This document shows, one piece after another, positions 37,792 to 50,521 of a stretch of 64,000 nucleotides of DNA (positions are counted from its first letter, which is position 1; every line of letters begins with the position of its first letter). The position numbers and the translations under genes were made by a program. Under the pieces are notes generated by a model. The model saw nothing but the letters and a program-made list of their open reading frames with translations. It was not told where the DNA came from and ran no database searches. The stretch is from assembly GCA_964252035.1 (NCBI GenBank), contig OZ176201.1. One strand, written 5' to 3'. Origin of the DNA: Podarcis erhardii (Eukaryota).

Positions 37792-37931
37792 GTGGAATTG
37801 TAGAGTTGGAAGGGACCCTGTGGATCATCTAGTCCACCCCCCTGCAATATAGGAATATGCAGCTGCCCCATAAGGGGATTGAACTTGCAACCATGGCATT
37901 ATCAGTACCACACTCTAAGCAACTGAGCTAT
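37792..37931 (-). mobile_element. tRNA-headed SINE with CR1-like tail
   Basis: Homologous to 12955-13091. Confidence 0.85.
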
Positions 37932-37947
37932 TTGTGGACAGGTACCT

Positions 37948-38307
37948 GGTGACGTGGGTGGTGCTGTGGGTTAAACCACAGAGCCTAGGACCTGCCGATC
38001 AGAAGGTTGGTGGTTCAAACCCCCACAACGGGGTGACCTCCCATTGTTCGACCCAGCTCCTGCCAACCTAGCAGTTCGAAAGCACGTCAAAGTGCAAGTA
38101 GATAAATAGGTGCCGCTCTGGCGGGAAGGTAAATGGCGTTTCCATGTGCTGCTCTGGTTCACCAGAAGTGGCTTAGTCATGCTGGCCACATGACCTGGAA
38201 GCTGTATGCCGGCTCCCTCGGCCAATAAAGTGAAATGAGCACCGCAACCCCAGAGTCGGTCACGACTGGACCTAATGGTCAGGGGTCCCTTTACCTTTAC
38301 CTTTACC
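37948..38307 (+). mobile_element. Sauria SINE
   Basis: Head ..gacgtgggtggtgctgtgggttaaaccacagag, tail (ctttac)n; tacctggtgac occurs at both ends. Confidence 0.95.
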
Positions 38308-38350
38308 TGGTGACAATGACCACTCCCCACTTAAAACGGGGGGCACCCTT

Positions 38351-39167
38351 TGCGTGGACACGTGCAGCCCTGGATCTGGAGTGGCCCCATCAGCATAGGC
38401 TTTGCCTTCCCTCAGGTGGGATACCTGGAGGTCCCCGCCTACCCCAGTGAGTTGTCCAATCCCACCTGGGGGAAGTGTTGCCAGGGAAACCAGGCCAGGT
38501 AGGGGGAGGGATTACCTGCCCACACAATAGAGGGTGGATCCTTCCTGGTAATCCTCACTTGGCTCCAGAGCTTCTCCCACCCTACCCACCCTCAGTTAAT
38601 GTCTTCTTTTGCAGGTTAACTTTTCTTCTTAGGTTTTGCAGGTTAACCTGTCTCCACAGGTATGCGGGCGCTGCTACGATAAGGTCGCTGTTAAAGGGCC
38701 GGAAAGGAATTTCCCTGCATTGGCAGGTTTCGCCTTTCCCGTAGCAAAACGTCACAACTTTGGCGGTATCAGGCCTTGGGCGGAATCCTTTAGTCCATCT
38801 TCCTCTTTGCGGCGGCGATACCAGGGTTCCCCGTTAAAGGGGTTTTTGAAGGGAGGCTTTGGCCGTATGCCGAAAGGTCGTCATTGCTCTCCCCTGGGGC
38901 GGCGTAACGGGGGCGGCTATCTCTGCTTGAACATATGTTCTCCAGAGCCGGCCCATCCCCCCCCCCACACTGGAAAACCCTGATGCTCCCTAGGTCCCCG
39001 GCTGGGGACTAGGGAGGGAGAACGCCCAATGCCTGAGCCAAGGTCTACCCACATTTGAAATTTAATAAAGTTGTGGCCAATTTAATCCCATAGCACGTTG
39101 TCTAGAGTCGTTATTCCACATGACGGGGGGGACCACTCGGGATCTGGGGACTCCGCCTGTCCACGCA
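38351..39167 (+). mobile_element. LTR-like / unclassified element with 10-bp inverted termini
   Basis: tgcgtggaca ... tgtccacgca (TG..CA), AATAAA near 39064, CpG-rich; no TSD found. Confidence 0.65.
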
Positions 39168-40275
39168 ATAGATGTGTTGTGGTAGCAAGGAGATTCAGAT
39201 CAAAATCATGGACCTTCTGAGAGTGTTCCCTTGTACCAGTGCTCTTCTGCTGGGCTTTGTAATCCCCTTGGGCTCAGCTTGCTATTATTTGTTCTTCTTC
39301 TCTTTGCTCTGCCCCACTCAGTTATTGTGACAGAGCTCCTCCCTTTCCTGATATCACCCTTGATTGCCTTTATCATGCAACAAGTCAGAGCAGAGCTCCT
39401 GCCTTAATCTTCTTGATCTTTTTCTCCACACTTTGGTCCCCTGAACCTTTCACCAGCTTCCACGGCCTGCCCATTCCTCTCTTCACTGGATTCTGTCCTC
39501 AGCCTACCATTTGACCTCTGGATTTCGTTTCACCCCCTCTATCCAGAAAGCTCAACTGTCCTCCCCACACTGCCCCAATCCCCAATTACATGACACTGCA
39601 TCTCTTGGTCCGATGAACATGTTAATTCACAGGCTCACAGTGTGCCTCTACTGGCTAATTTTTAGATGCCTGGTCTTTCCAGTATACTGCTTGCACCATT
39701 ATTTATAGCATGCTGTTGGTGCTTTTGTACTAGGTTAGTCTTCCTATGTCACAAAACAGCTTTTACATCTACAGTGATGCCCCTTAGCATTTCCTGTTAT
39801 TGTCTGAATAAACTTGTTTTGTTTTGTTCCTTCCACTGTGAGGACTTACAAACTTTCACATGCTTACAGCCTGCTCTTATATCTCTGAATCAGGGCACTG
39901 TGTGCATAATCTTGAGAGTGTAGGGCAGACAATTGGAAGGGGGAGAAAAGAGTTCAGATGTAAGTTCTAGGAAGAACTAATTACAGTGGAATTTCCCAAA
40001 CATGTAACTGGTGCCTACTGACATTTTAGTAATAAGAACATGAAAATAGGATCCACATTAATTCCAGCTCACACTCTTGAGCATCTTAGAGAACATCTAT
40101 TACATTTCCCTTGTCTCTAACCTGATCCAAACATCACTACAACATGCTCATATGCTTTTTTCATATAAAAAGGGGGAGGGGGAGGAAAGAAGAAACTTCA
40201 GTGGCTTGTGACACTTTGAAGGAAAAGTTTTCTAGCATCAATGGAATAATCTGCATAGAGTGTGTCACATATATC

Positions 40276-40451
40276 CAGTGCTTTTTTTTTTTTTTAAAAA
40301 AAAAACATGTTTAAGAGTACTCTCATTTTGACTCAAGAAAATCACCACTTTATAGTTCAAATCGGGGAAAATAAATACAGTAAATGGACAAAAGAATCAC
40401 AAAATGTTTAGGGGTATGTGTCTCCCCGAGTCCCCCCAGAAAAAAGCACTG
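40276..40451. mobile_element. hAT MITE (cagtgcttttt family)
   Basis: TIR cagtgctttt / aaaagcactg; perfect TSD catatatc. Confidence 0.9.
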
Positions 40452-42241
40452 CATATATCTTTTATGTAAAATAACTTACTTCCATACTAATGTAATGGGA
40501 ATGTTGACATTTCCAAAACACCACCATTGATTTTATATTTTATATGGCTCTGTTCACCAGCAAAGAACTTTCCTTTTGTACTAGCAATTATGAAGCTTTG
40601 TTTTGCCTTCTCCTGCAGCCTCCTTATTTGCTCTGAGTTGTTCTATTAAACGATAACTTTCCAGCAGCTCCTATATGGTACCTTCCTTGCTTCTACTCAT
40701 GCCTATGAAACACACTTTCACTGGGATAATAGGAGTTCATCTGTAGGAGAGGGGTCATTTTGCATGGCCACTATGACAATGCTGGCTCATTAAGATCCCA
40801 CTTTGGGGTAAAGGTTATCTTAGATTATCTACGGGCTTCTACTCCATTGTTCTGTGATGATTCTCAGTTTGGCAGATGTTTCATACTTTATAGAATGCAT
40901 CTCATTGTTTTTAATGCGAGCGGTCTTGGGAACATATATATCCAGAAAAGCCGTATACAGTTTCTGAAATTAATAAAGATGCCAGAATGAATCATTTCTA
41001 CAGAACAAACAATTCATCTGCTTGGTGCTTTGTGAAAGAACTGCCCCACCTGATTGGGGCTGCCAGTTTTAACATCACTTGCTTGTGGGTTGATGGACAG
41101 TATGACCTCTCAAGTTGCATTGTCAGTACAGAGAGTGGCAATTGCTTGTTCAGTGACAGTGTGTGTGTGGTCTTGATTCAGCAGGCAACCCCACAAATTG
41201 GATATGAAGGTTTGTTGGGTTTTATATTTAAAAAGTTAACAACAAGAAGACAAAAGTCAGATGTCCATTAGACACATCCCTGTTGGTCTCATTCCATTAT
41301 CTCATGAATCTTTCATTACATAATGGAAATTATAGGCTCCTCTAAGTTATATTTCTTTCCAAAAATCACATCCGGAAATCACATCCATGCCTCTGCTAGC
41401 GCTGGAAGTAAATGTTTCACAAAATGGGCAGAATTTTTAAAACTGAATGAAATTTTAAACAATTTAGAATATGTTCTAAAAAAATCTTACATATTGTATT
41501 AGTTTTTTTTCAACAAAAGCCTAAATCTTGTTTTTGTTGCTGTTGTGATGATAATGATGATGGAATAGGATGTCCCTATTTTCATCGGAGAAATGTTGGA
41601 GAGTATGCTGTTCAAGATTGGCCAGGACCCTGAAAAGGAGCAATCCTCTTAGAAGTCATTTTCCTGCAGCAGGAAATACCCTCTGTCCCAAACAATGGTG
41701 TGCCTATTATATACATGTTCTGAATAGCTAATACCCAATGTATGCATTTTCTAACGTATAGAAATGCAAGTCTTGAAATGACCAATTAGCAGTTTCGGTT
41801 ATACAAACACACTACGAGACAAATGCCTTTCAGCTGCTATGACCATTCACTGTTGAATCAGCTAAGCACTGCTGGTTGAAATGTCAACGAAACAGCCTAT
41901 TAATTATAATTTTTAAAACTACTTGAGAGTTCAGGCCACATTAACAGAAAACGGGCTACATTAACAGAAAGCAGTCAAACCTGATCCTCTGATTGTTGGT
42001 GAGATGCCTTTTACCTGTTATTCAATGTGCTGTTATATTACATCATGTCTTGCTTAGAACCACAAGAAACCCATTTACTCTTCTCTGCCAGCAAGAGCTG
42101 GAAGTGAGGATTGGTGTTTTCTGTGTTCCAAAAGCTGCATGTAACCCATGAGGTTCCTTGGGAAAAGAAATCAGGAGAGAAACAGTCAAGTTCTCTACTT
42201 CTGGCAAAGGGGCGAAAATGTACATATATTGATTAGACATA

Positions 42242-42480
42242 CAGTAGTACCTCGGGTTACATACGCTTCAGGTTACATACGCTTCAGGTTACAGACTCCG
42301 CTAACCCAGAAATAGTACCTCGGGTTAAGAACTTTGCTTCAGGATGAGAACAGAAATTGTGCTCCGGTGGTGCTGCAGCAGGAGGCCCCATTAGCTAATG
42401 TGGTGCTTCAGGTTAAGAACAGTTTCAGGTTAAGAACGGACCTCCGAAACGAATTAAGTACTTAACCCGAGGTACCACTG
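42242..42480. mobile_element. Tigger/pogo-type MITE family A
   Basis: TA-flanked TIRs. Confidence 0.92.
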
Positions 42481-43936
42481 TATAGTATTTGGTTGTATGA
42501 ACTCATGATTTGGTTAAGGGTTGATGAGGCCTACAGTTGGTGTGGCATAAGAGCCACTCACACAGATATGGCAGGACAAATTTTTAGGAAACAGTGTTTC
42601 CAACTCTTGGTATTGACAAAATCCTGAAAATATAATGATGATCAGAATATCTACCTAATAGATACAGTATCTAGATGTGGTGGAGAGGAACTTTAGCCAT
42701 GAAGCTCCTTAGGGGATCATGGGCCAATCACTTCCTCTCAAGGTAGCTTACCTCACAAGGTGATTTATACCCTGCTCTGTTGTTTTGCTCCAGGGGATTA
42801 GCCCCATGTCCCTTAAAAGGTTTTAAAAGTAGACCACATAACGGCTCCAGGAATAAATAATAGAGTGCTGAAAACAACATTAAAATACTGAGTTTAGCAT
42901 CAACAATAAAATATATTGAACTCCTTAGAGAATGGTAGACACAAATAATGCTGATCTCTTTTTTTAACAAATGCACACATAAACACACATTTCTGGATTT
43001 AGTGGAACTTTTAATACTGGGAGACATCATAAACTTTTTTATGGGTGCAGATCTGAGCAAGTGATCTTAATCAAATCAAATTTGGGCTGGAATCCTAAAC
43101 CTATCTACAAGGGAGCAAGCACCCTTTAATTCAGTAGGATTTTGTAAGTAAAGATGCTTAGGATCATATGCTGTCAGTCTCCACTTCTGACCTTAGTGCA
43201 GAAATTGGTAGCTACATCTTCATGTCCCATCTAATTTAGGAGGTCAAATCAGTTGAGAGCAATGGTCCCTTCTGCCTTTGGAGGCCATGGATCTGACTGC
43301 CAAAGGAACCAGCTGCAGTCAACTTCTGTGCACTCCCCCATCCTTCTGTCAATCATCATTGGCCAAGTACCACCTCCTCCTTTTTTTTAAAACAGGATCT
43401 GGTTTCAGTTAGATGAATTAAATGGTACTGTAGGCTGTTCTAGTGTGGATGACAGCACCGTTGCATGACATTCAAGTCTGCATAACAGCCTCCTGCTCTG
43501 TGCTATTTATGTCTTTCTTTCAAATGTTTAATAAACACTTTTATATTGACATATTAAGGCGTCTCTATTGAGACCAATCCAAGTAGTATTTTGCTCCTAC
43601 TAAACATAGATTCCAGCTCATTTCAAGCATATTTATATTCCCATGTTCAAACTATTGTACTTTACTTTGATCTATTTTTAAAGCACAGAAGAATAAGGCA
43701 AATTTCAAAATAAAGGGGCAACTGAGTTCTCTGTTTCCTTTTCCCAAATCTCCCCACTGGTTCTTGAAGTTGTTGCCACCCTTTATACATGCAATATAAG
43801 GACCTCCTTAAATGGAAGGAATTACACAACTGGTCCATACATGTATGGAGAAGAGAGCAACAAAAACTCACTATAGAAGGATATAGGGTGCAAACCATTT
43901 TTACATTCCACTAACTTTCAAGTATTTTATTGTCTA

Positions 43937-43990
43937 ATATTCTGTTGGGAGCTGCCCAGATTGTCTGGGGAAACCAGCCAGCTGGGTGGG

Positions 43991-44028
<38 letters not shown>
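43937..44028 (+). mobile_element. L2 3' tail with (TTA)n
   Basis: aatattctgttgggagctgcccag..ggggaaaccagccagctgggtggggtattatt. Confidence 0.75.
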
Positions 44029-44031
<3 letters not shown>

Positions 44032-47000
44032 CTCACTTGTCTTGCTTTCCACAAAATCTAGCATTCTTGTGTGGGCTTCTTTCCTAATCTTAATTTTTTA
44101 AAAAATTATCTATATTCCCAATGCAAGAATAGCATGATCACACTCCCAGTTTCCAATGGAAAAAAGTACTAAGGTTTATTTAAAGCTGTGTACACACCAT
44201 ACATATGCCACAGTGTATACGAAGTCCTACTGCAAAGGAAGGCAGGGAGGAAAAAACGTGTGTTGCAACAATTCATTTCCAATGTTACTGTAGCTCTCCA
44301 TCTAAAGCCACCATATCTTTACATGGTGACAAGGCCACAGCTGTTAGATTGTTTTCAACCAGAATCTGTACAGGGTAAATGGTGGGTGGTGCAAGTGGTA
44401 TGTATTTCATTCATGAGCATCTATGGTATCGGTATCTTCCATCATCTATATTTCCATTCATGAGCATCTATATTTTTGTTAGATATGAACCGTTGGTTCC
44501 ATAGTTATTGGATTTCCAATAACCGGAATGCGTCCAGTGAATCTTCCATAGCAAGGTGGTATCTGGGGCAGCAGTGGCAAACAATATGCATTTAAAAATG
44601 AAAATTAAGATTATGCACAGAGATAAAAGGCTTTGTCAAGAGGAGTGTCTAGACAGAGCAGCAAGTGAAGATGGAAACACAGGACAGAAGCATTTGTCAA
44701 GGATGCTTTACATCAGGGGTGGAGAATCTCTAGGTCTCTCTGGCCCTTGGGACTTTCTCCAGGCGATGCCCCCTCCCAGACCACACTCTCTCTTTCAAGG
44801 CCAGAGCCTTTGCCTCACACTTTCTTGAGTGTTTGCCTGGCTCAAATGTGTCATTGAATTCTGATAATGCATCTTGCTTGTTTGTTAAAGGATAGACAGG
44901 GGAGTCACCATGTGTGTCGAAACTAGCCTACAGTACAAAAGTAAAATTTATATTCATTGCTCTCCCCACTTTTGCCTCTGGCCTCACCCCCCATTGGTAT
45001 GTGGTCGCTATAAGGTTTCCCACAAGGGAAAGTGGTTTTTTGATTGGAAAAGTTTCCCTAAACCTATCTTAGATAAATCTATGTAACACATAGGCTATGA
45101 AATTGTGTTCTGCATTGAGTAGAGATGCCTATCTCAATGCAGAAGTTCACATTTAGTCACTTTTCTAGCTCTGTAATTTTTATATCCGTTCATCTTAGGC
45201 ATGTAAACTGTTGGATGAATTCAGAGATAGATGAGCAGAACTTTGCTCAAGCAACAGGGGACCTCCCAAAAGTCTCTGGAATAGCATGTGATGGGGATAG
45301 AGGACTTCAGTGCAGGTCATCTCTGAATTCAAGTCTGCATATTTCCCCTCTCCATAAGTTCAAGGTGTCATTTACTAAAAGCAAATGCAATGACCAAAAG
45401 GGACAAAGCGATAGATCCAGTCTTGTTGAATCAGATGCTAAGCTCCAGTTCACCATCCCTCATAAAAACCCATGCTACCAAATGCCATTTCAAAGAGATG
45501 TATTTCCCAAAGGCCAGGAGGAATTCCACAATTTGAACATTGTCATTCTAGTGTAGACTTTTCTTTACCTTTTACAGCTAATATGAATCCCACTGGAAGT
45601 AAACATTGACCAACTGGGTGCAAAGCTTGAGACTTCTAAGTTCATTGGGCACCCTCAGAAGAGGAAGGAGCCCATTTAAGTCAATGGACCCTAAGGGCAC
45701 TGAGCTCTTAGGTCCACTGATCTCAATGGGATGTCAGCAGGCCCCATGAAAGCAAACATTTATCTCCTCACACACAGAATAGAGTGTGTATCTGTGTATA
45801 CATACCTGAAGTCTTTGGAGCACAGTCACTGGTTCCATAGAGACCTGGGGAAGTGAAAACTAAATTCACATTCACATATAGCCAATCAGAGAAAGGGCTT
45901 CATCTGAGATGCTGCCTTCTGAAACAAATTTATTTTTCTTGAAAATGAGTAACCAGTGGATGGTCCGATTTCAAAACAGGTCAAAATGTTCCAGCTCTTC
46001 ACATTTCTTAATCTCAGAACAGAAAGTCTCGCAAGGTTACACAACTTCACTGGGAAAGGATGAAACAAAAAGCACTAAAGCTCATTCCAAACCCTCACTG
46101 ATGAGTAGTGCGAAAGTGTGATGCGACTACTAAACCAAAGCTTGAGTTGAATTCATTGCGTGCTTTGGAGATTACAGAGGGAAAGCCCCCCATTTCAAGC
46201 AAAGTCCCAGGCTGTTTTCTTTTATTTATTTATTTATTTAATCAGATTCTCAGAACAGAAATACTTTGGAACATAGGTTTCATGCTGCTTTCTTCACTTT
46301 TTCCCTATGACCAGATTCTTGAAAAATTCAAATTTCCCACTTTCTGCGGTGACTAGACAATGGCATCACAATGGCTCTTTACGGGAACTGCAGCTCTGCG
46401 TCAAGGCCTTTTCCAATGACAATGCTTCCACGACCAAGACGTGTTTCTGTTTTCAAGACAGCAAAGCAGCTTGGTTTTACACAGACTCCCCCAATTCTAA
46501 ACTGGTGATCTGAGGGCAACATCTTAGTGCTGCTGCAGACCCTACAGCAGCACCCAGGTCAGGATCACAGTGGAAGAGAATGGCAAACAAAATTTCCTGT
46601 TGAGTTAGATCATGGATGGAGAAACCAATGTCCTTCAACTCTCAGTGCACCCAGAGCAGTCATTTCATGCCCATGCCACAAACAACAAATCTTCACAAGC
46701 CTTCCCTTCATGTAGTCTTCCTCCTTTTGGAACAGAGGAGTCAATTTCAGTAGACAGTTCTCTTGTTTGAAGGGGCTGTCTGGTCCAAATCCAGTTTAAA
46801 GAACCGTAAGAAGGGAGGGCAGGGATCACGGTGTGATCCATCTGTCGTGTGCAGGTACACAGGTTGCGTGTTCACAGTCCTCCCTACAGTGGAATGTACT
46901 ACATTTCTCTTTTCTCTTTCGTGTTTTATTTTGCAATTTTATGTTGCGAACTGCCCTGTGATCTTTGGGTGAAGGGCAGTATGCAAACAACACCACCAAC

Positions 47001-47046
47001 AAAAATATTTAAATCCTTACGATTGTTTCGAAACTTGCATCTATAC

Positions 47047-47600
47047 CAGTGCCGGATTTACGTGTAAGCTAAACAAGCTATAGCTTAGGGCCCTACTCTC
47101 TTGGGGGCCCCCCAAAAAATTAAAGGGAAAAAAACCCTTTACATTTCCAAAATACAGTGGTACCTCGGGTTAAGTACTTAATTCGTTCCGGAGATCCGTT
47201 CTTAACCTGAAACTGTTCTTAACCTGAAGCACCACTTTAGCTAATGGGGCCTCCTGCTTGTGCTGCGCCGCCAGAGCACAATTTCTGTTCTCATCCTGAA
47301 GCAAAGTTCTTAACCGGAAGCACTATTTCTGGGTTAGTGGCGTCTGTAACCTGAAGCGTCTGTAACCTGAGGTACCACTGTATTAGATAATAAACAAATA
47401 AAATGAAACCTACATACAGCAACAGTGGCAAATGGCTTTAGATACCTATTAGGTCCATAAATTACCATATAGCATCTATTCAACACAAAAAACAGTGACA
47501 ATTTTTTTTTTTTTTTTTGTAGACAAAGGACAGCTGGACATATAAAGGGCCCCATTACCTTAAGTAGTTTAGGGCCTCATCAAACCTAAATCTGGCCCTG
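47047..47600. mobile_element. hAT MITE containing a nested MITE A
   Basis: TIR cagtgccggattta / taaatctggccctg; perfect TSD atctatac. Confidence 0.9.
47155..47380. mobile_element. Tigger/pogo-type MITE family A (nested)
   Basis: TA-flanked TIRs inside the hAT MITE. Confidence 0.92.
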
Positions 47601-47644
47601 ATCTATACACATCAATCAGCATATGCATATGCTTTGCAAATGCC

Positions 47645-47808
47645 ATAGAATCCATCATAGAATCGTAGAGTTTGAAGGGACCCTGAGGGTCATCTAGTCC
47701 AACGCCCTGCAATGCAGGAATCTTAGCTAAAGAATCCATGACAGATGAGCATCCAACCTCTGCTTAGAAACCTCCAAGGAAGGAGAGTCCACAACTTCCC
47801 AAGGGAGA
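47645..47808 (-). mobile_element. CR1 3' fragment
   Basis: Homologous to 29462-29655. Confidence 0.85.
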
Positions 47809-47981
47809 TATGTGCCCTATTTTCTCCTTTTTTTGGTGATACATTTCCTCTCTTTTCATGCATAGATTCCTACCCTATATATCCCATAATACCAGAGTTA
47901 TTGTGAGCAGACGGTGCAGAGGCTGCTGGTGTGCTGGTGAAGCATCACAGAGCAGCCATTTCAACACTGGCATTGCAGTTA

Positions 47982-48222
47982 CAGTCATACCTCCGGTTAA
48001 AGATGCTTCAGGTTGAGCGTTTTCAGGTTGCGTTCCACTGCGACCCGGAAGTAACGTAACGGGTTACTTCCGGGTTTCGCTGCTCACGCAGATGTGCTCA
48101 AAATGACGTCACACGCATGTGCAGAGGCAGCGACCCGCACACACACAGACGCGGGTTGCGTTCTGCTCAGGTTGCGAACAGGGCTCTGGAACGGATCCCG
48201 TTCGCAGCCAGAGGTACCACTT
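47982..48222. mobile_element. Tigger/pogo-type MITE family B (opposite orientation)
   Basis: cagtcatacctccgg / gaggtaccactt; CpGs well preserved. Confidence 0.9.
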
Positions 48223-48813
48223 TATTTATCTGGACACTGCAGGGTCAGGGCTATGTGGGTGCATCAGCAGAGCCAATTTTTCATTGCTACTAGTGCAGCT
48301 TCACAGTCCAAACTTGCCACCAGCCTGCAGCAACACTGGTGTTACAAGAGCAGCTCTGGGTTATCACCCCACTGCGCTGGCCACTCCGGAGAGGGTTTTT
48401 CCTCAAAAGACCACTACTCAGGCATCTGTTTAGGCAGAGCAAGCCTTATGCAGAATGGCATGTCAGGCGATGAGAAGCTTTGATGTCCCCCTTCAGTTGC
48501 TGAGTAACCTCAATATTGCATCTCTAGCCCATTTCATGACATTGATGCAAGATTTCCCGATCATAGACTTAGGCTAAATCTGCAAGCATGGATCTGATCA
48601 GTTTGTTGACTGTGCACCATGTTGGAAGTGAACCCCAACACAACACTGTCCAGTCATAAGTGCTGTCAGATTTTTAAAATACTGTAAATATGAACTGGCA
48701 ATATTATTTATTTCCAATGTTGTGTGATTTGGCGGCTGCTCCTTGGACCAAAGCAACCATTGCAGTTGGCATACCCTGCAAGATTTCTCCAATGAAAATA
48801 GACACTCTATTCT

Positions 48814-49066
48814 ATAAGAAGAAGAAGAGTTTGGATTTGATATCCCGCTTTATCACTACCCTAAGGAGTCTCAAAGTGGCTAACAATCTCCTTTCCATTC
48901 CTCCCCCACAACAAACACTCTGTGAGGTGAGTGGGGCTGAGAGACATCACAGAAGTGTGACTAGCCCAAGGTCATCCAGCAGCTGCATGTGGAGGAGCGG
49001 GGACGTGAACCTGGTTCACCAGATTACGAGTCCACCGCTCTTGACCACTACACCACACTGGCTCTC
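48814..49066 (-). mobile_element. Squam3-like tRNA SINE with (TTC)n tail
   Basis: aagaagaagaagagtttggatttgatatcccgc..gaccactacaccacactggctctc. Confidence 0.8.
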
Positions 49067-49223
49067 AACAACAAAAACAACAACAATTTTATTATTCATA
49101 CCTCACCCATTTGATTAGGGTTGCTCCAGCCACTTTGGGCGGCTTCCAACTTATATAAAAACATAATAAAACATTCAACGTTTTAAAAAACCCTCCCCTA
49201 TCCAGGTATCTTCTAAAGGTTGT
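49067..49223 (-). mobile_element. L2 3' tail
   Basis: (aac)n..gggcggcttccaac..ccaggtatcttctaaaggttgt, reverse of the other L2 tails. Confidence 0.75.
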
Positions 49224-50521
49224 AAAGTTTTATAAAGGTTGAAAATAGGGGAAAGCGGGACATACTGGGATCAAATCAGAAACTGCGACGGCTTCTGTAA
49301 ATCCAGGACTGTCCCTGGAAAATAGGGACATTTGGAGGGTCTGAGTTGACACTCCTCCAGGTGTTCTTTTTGTTGCGCATTCATGATGCTCTGTGCTCTT
49401 GTTACCATTGGGGTTGTCACACATGATCCTGCTTTCAATACTGTTCACCCCTGCAAAATTATGGGGTGGTCACACTGTTTCATTTCCAACCGGTTGATAC
49501 CCTGCTGAAATCAGATAACTTTTTCAACAAAAACAAAAAAAATGTTTTGGTTTATTTTGGTCCTTCTTTAGCTCTTCTGGAGAACAATGGTGTGGTAGCA
49601 ATGAAGCAACATAGCATAGCAGACTAAGGCAGAATAAATCCACTACTAATGCAATATTTCTGTGCCAAGAACATGTTGCAGAACAGAGCCACACAAAGGC
49701 AGCAGTCTGGAGAGGCCCTCGGTCTCTTTCATTCTTGAAAAGCCCATCATAAATACTTATTTTGAGATTTTCTTTCCATATTATTGCCTGCCTTGTCCTG
49801 GATTCCCTTCCAAGACAATTACTCCTTTTAGCTGTGGCTCAGGCCAGCATTACATTTGTTCTCACATAAGCTGTTGTCTGACCTAGTCAATATGGGGGGG
49901 GGAGAGGGGGGAGAAAAACAAATTATAACCCCAAGCATGTTTTAAAATAGGAGATTACTGGCCTTTGGTTGCAGTGCACTTCCTTTTCACACCTCTTAAT
50001 GTGCAGCTCCTTAAATCACCACGACGCTTTCCAATTGCTGTTTGTTTTTCAAAGACAGCGTATTAAAATGTCGGTTCACGAGAGAGCAATGGATGAAAAA
50101 AAAATGAGGGGGGGGAAATGGCGAGGGGTGTTTTAAAGCTGCAGTTACAGCAAGTCATATGAATATTTCCAATAACTGTGTTCCAAGAAGTATTTTTGGA
50201 AGCATGAATGTTGTGTTTTTTAATGAAGGCCATATTCTGAGGATACGACACCATATGTCACAATCATTCTTCGACCAAAAAAGTAAAAGGAAAGTATGCT
50301 AGGCTTTAAAGTGTTTTGGAAAACTGTCTTTGCACGGCTGTCATTACTTGCGTGGCTGAGGGATTCTTTGTTTTTTAGCACATCCTAAATGAGATGAACT
50401 ATGTGCCTCATAGGACGGAGCCTATCCAACTTGCTGCTTGGGTAGAAAAAAATGATAGCTCACTTGTGATTTTCCTGGGTGACCCTTAGGGCAGCTAATC
50501 TGTGGCTGATGTAGTAGAACA

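Noticed and set aside
46072-46118. CTGATGA...CGAAAGTG with upstream GCACTA resembling a type III hammerhead
   Set aside because: Stem III could form, but stem I has no complementarity and stem II is only 1 bp; most likely chance.
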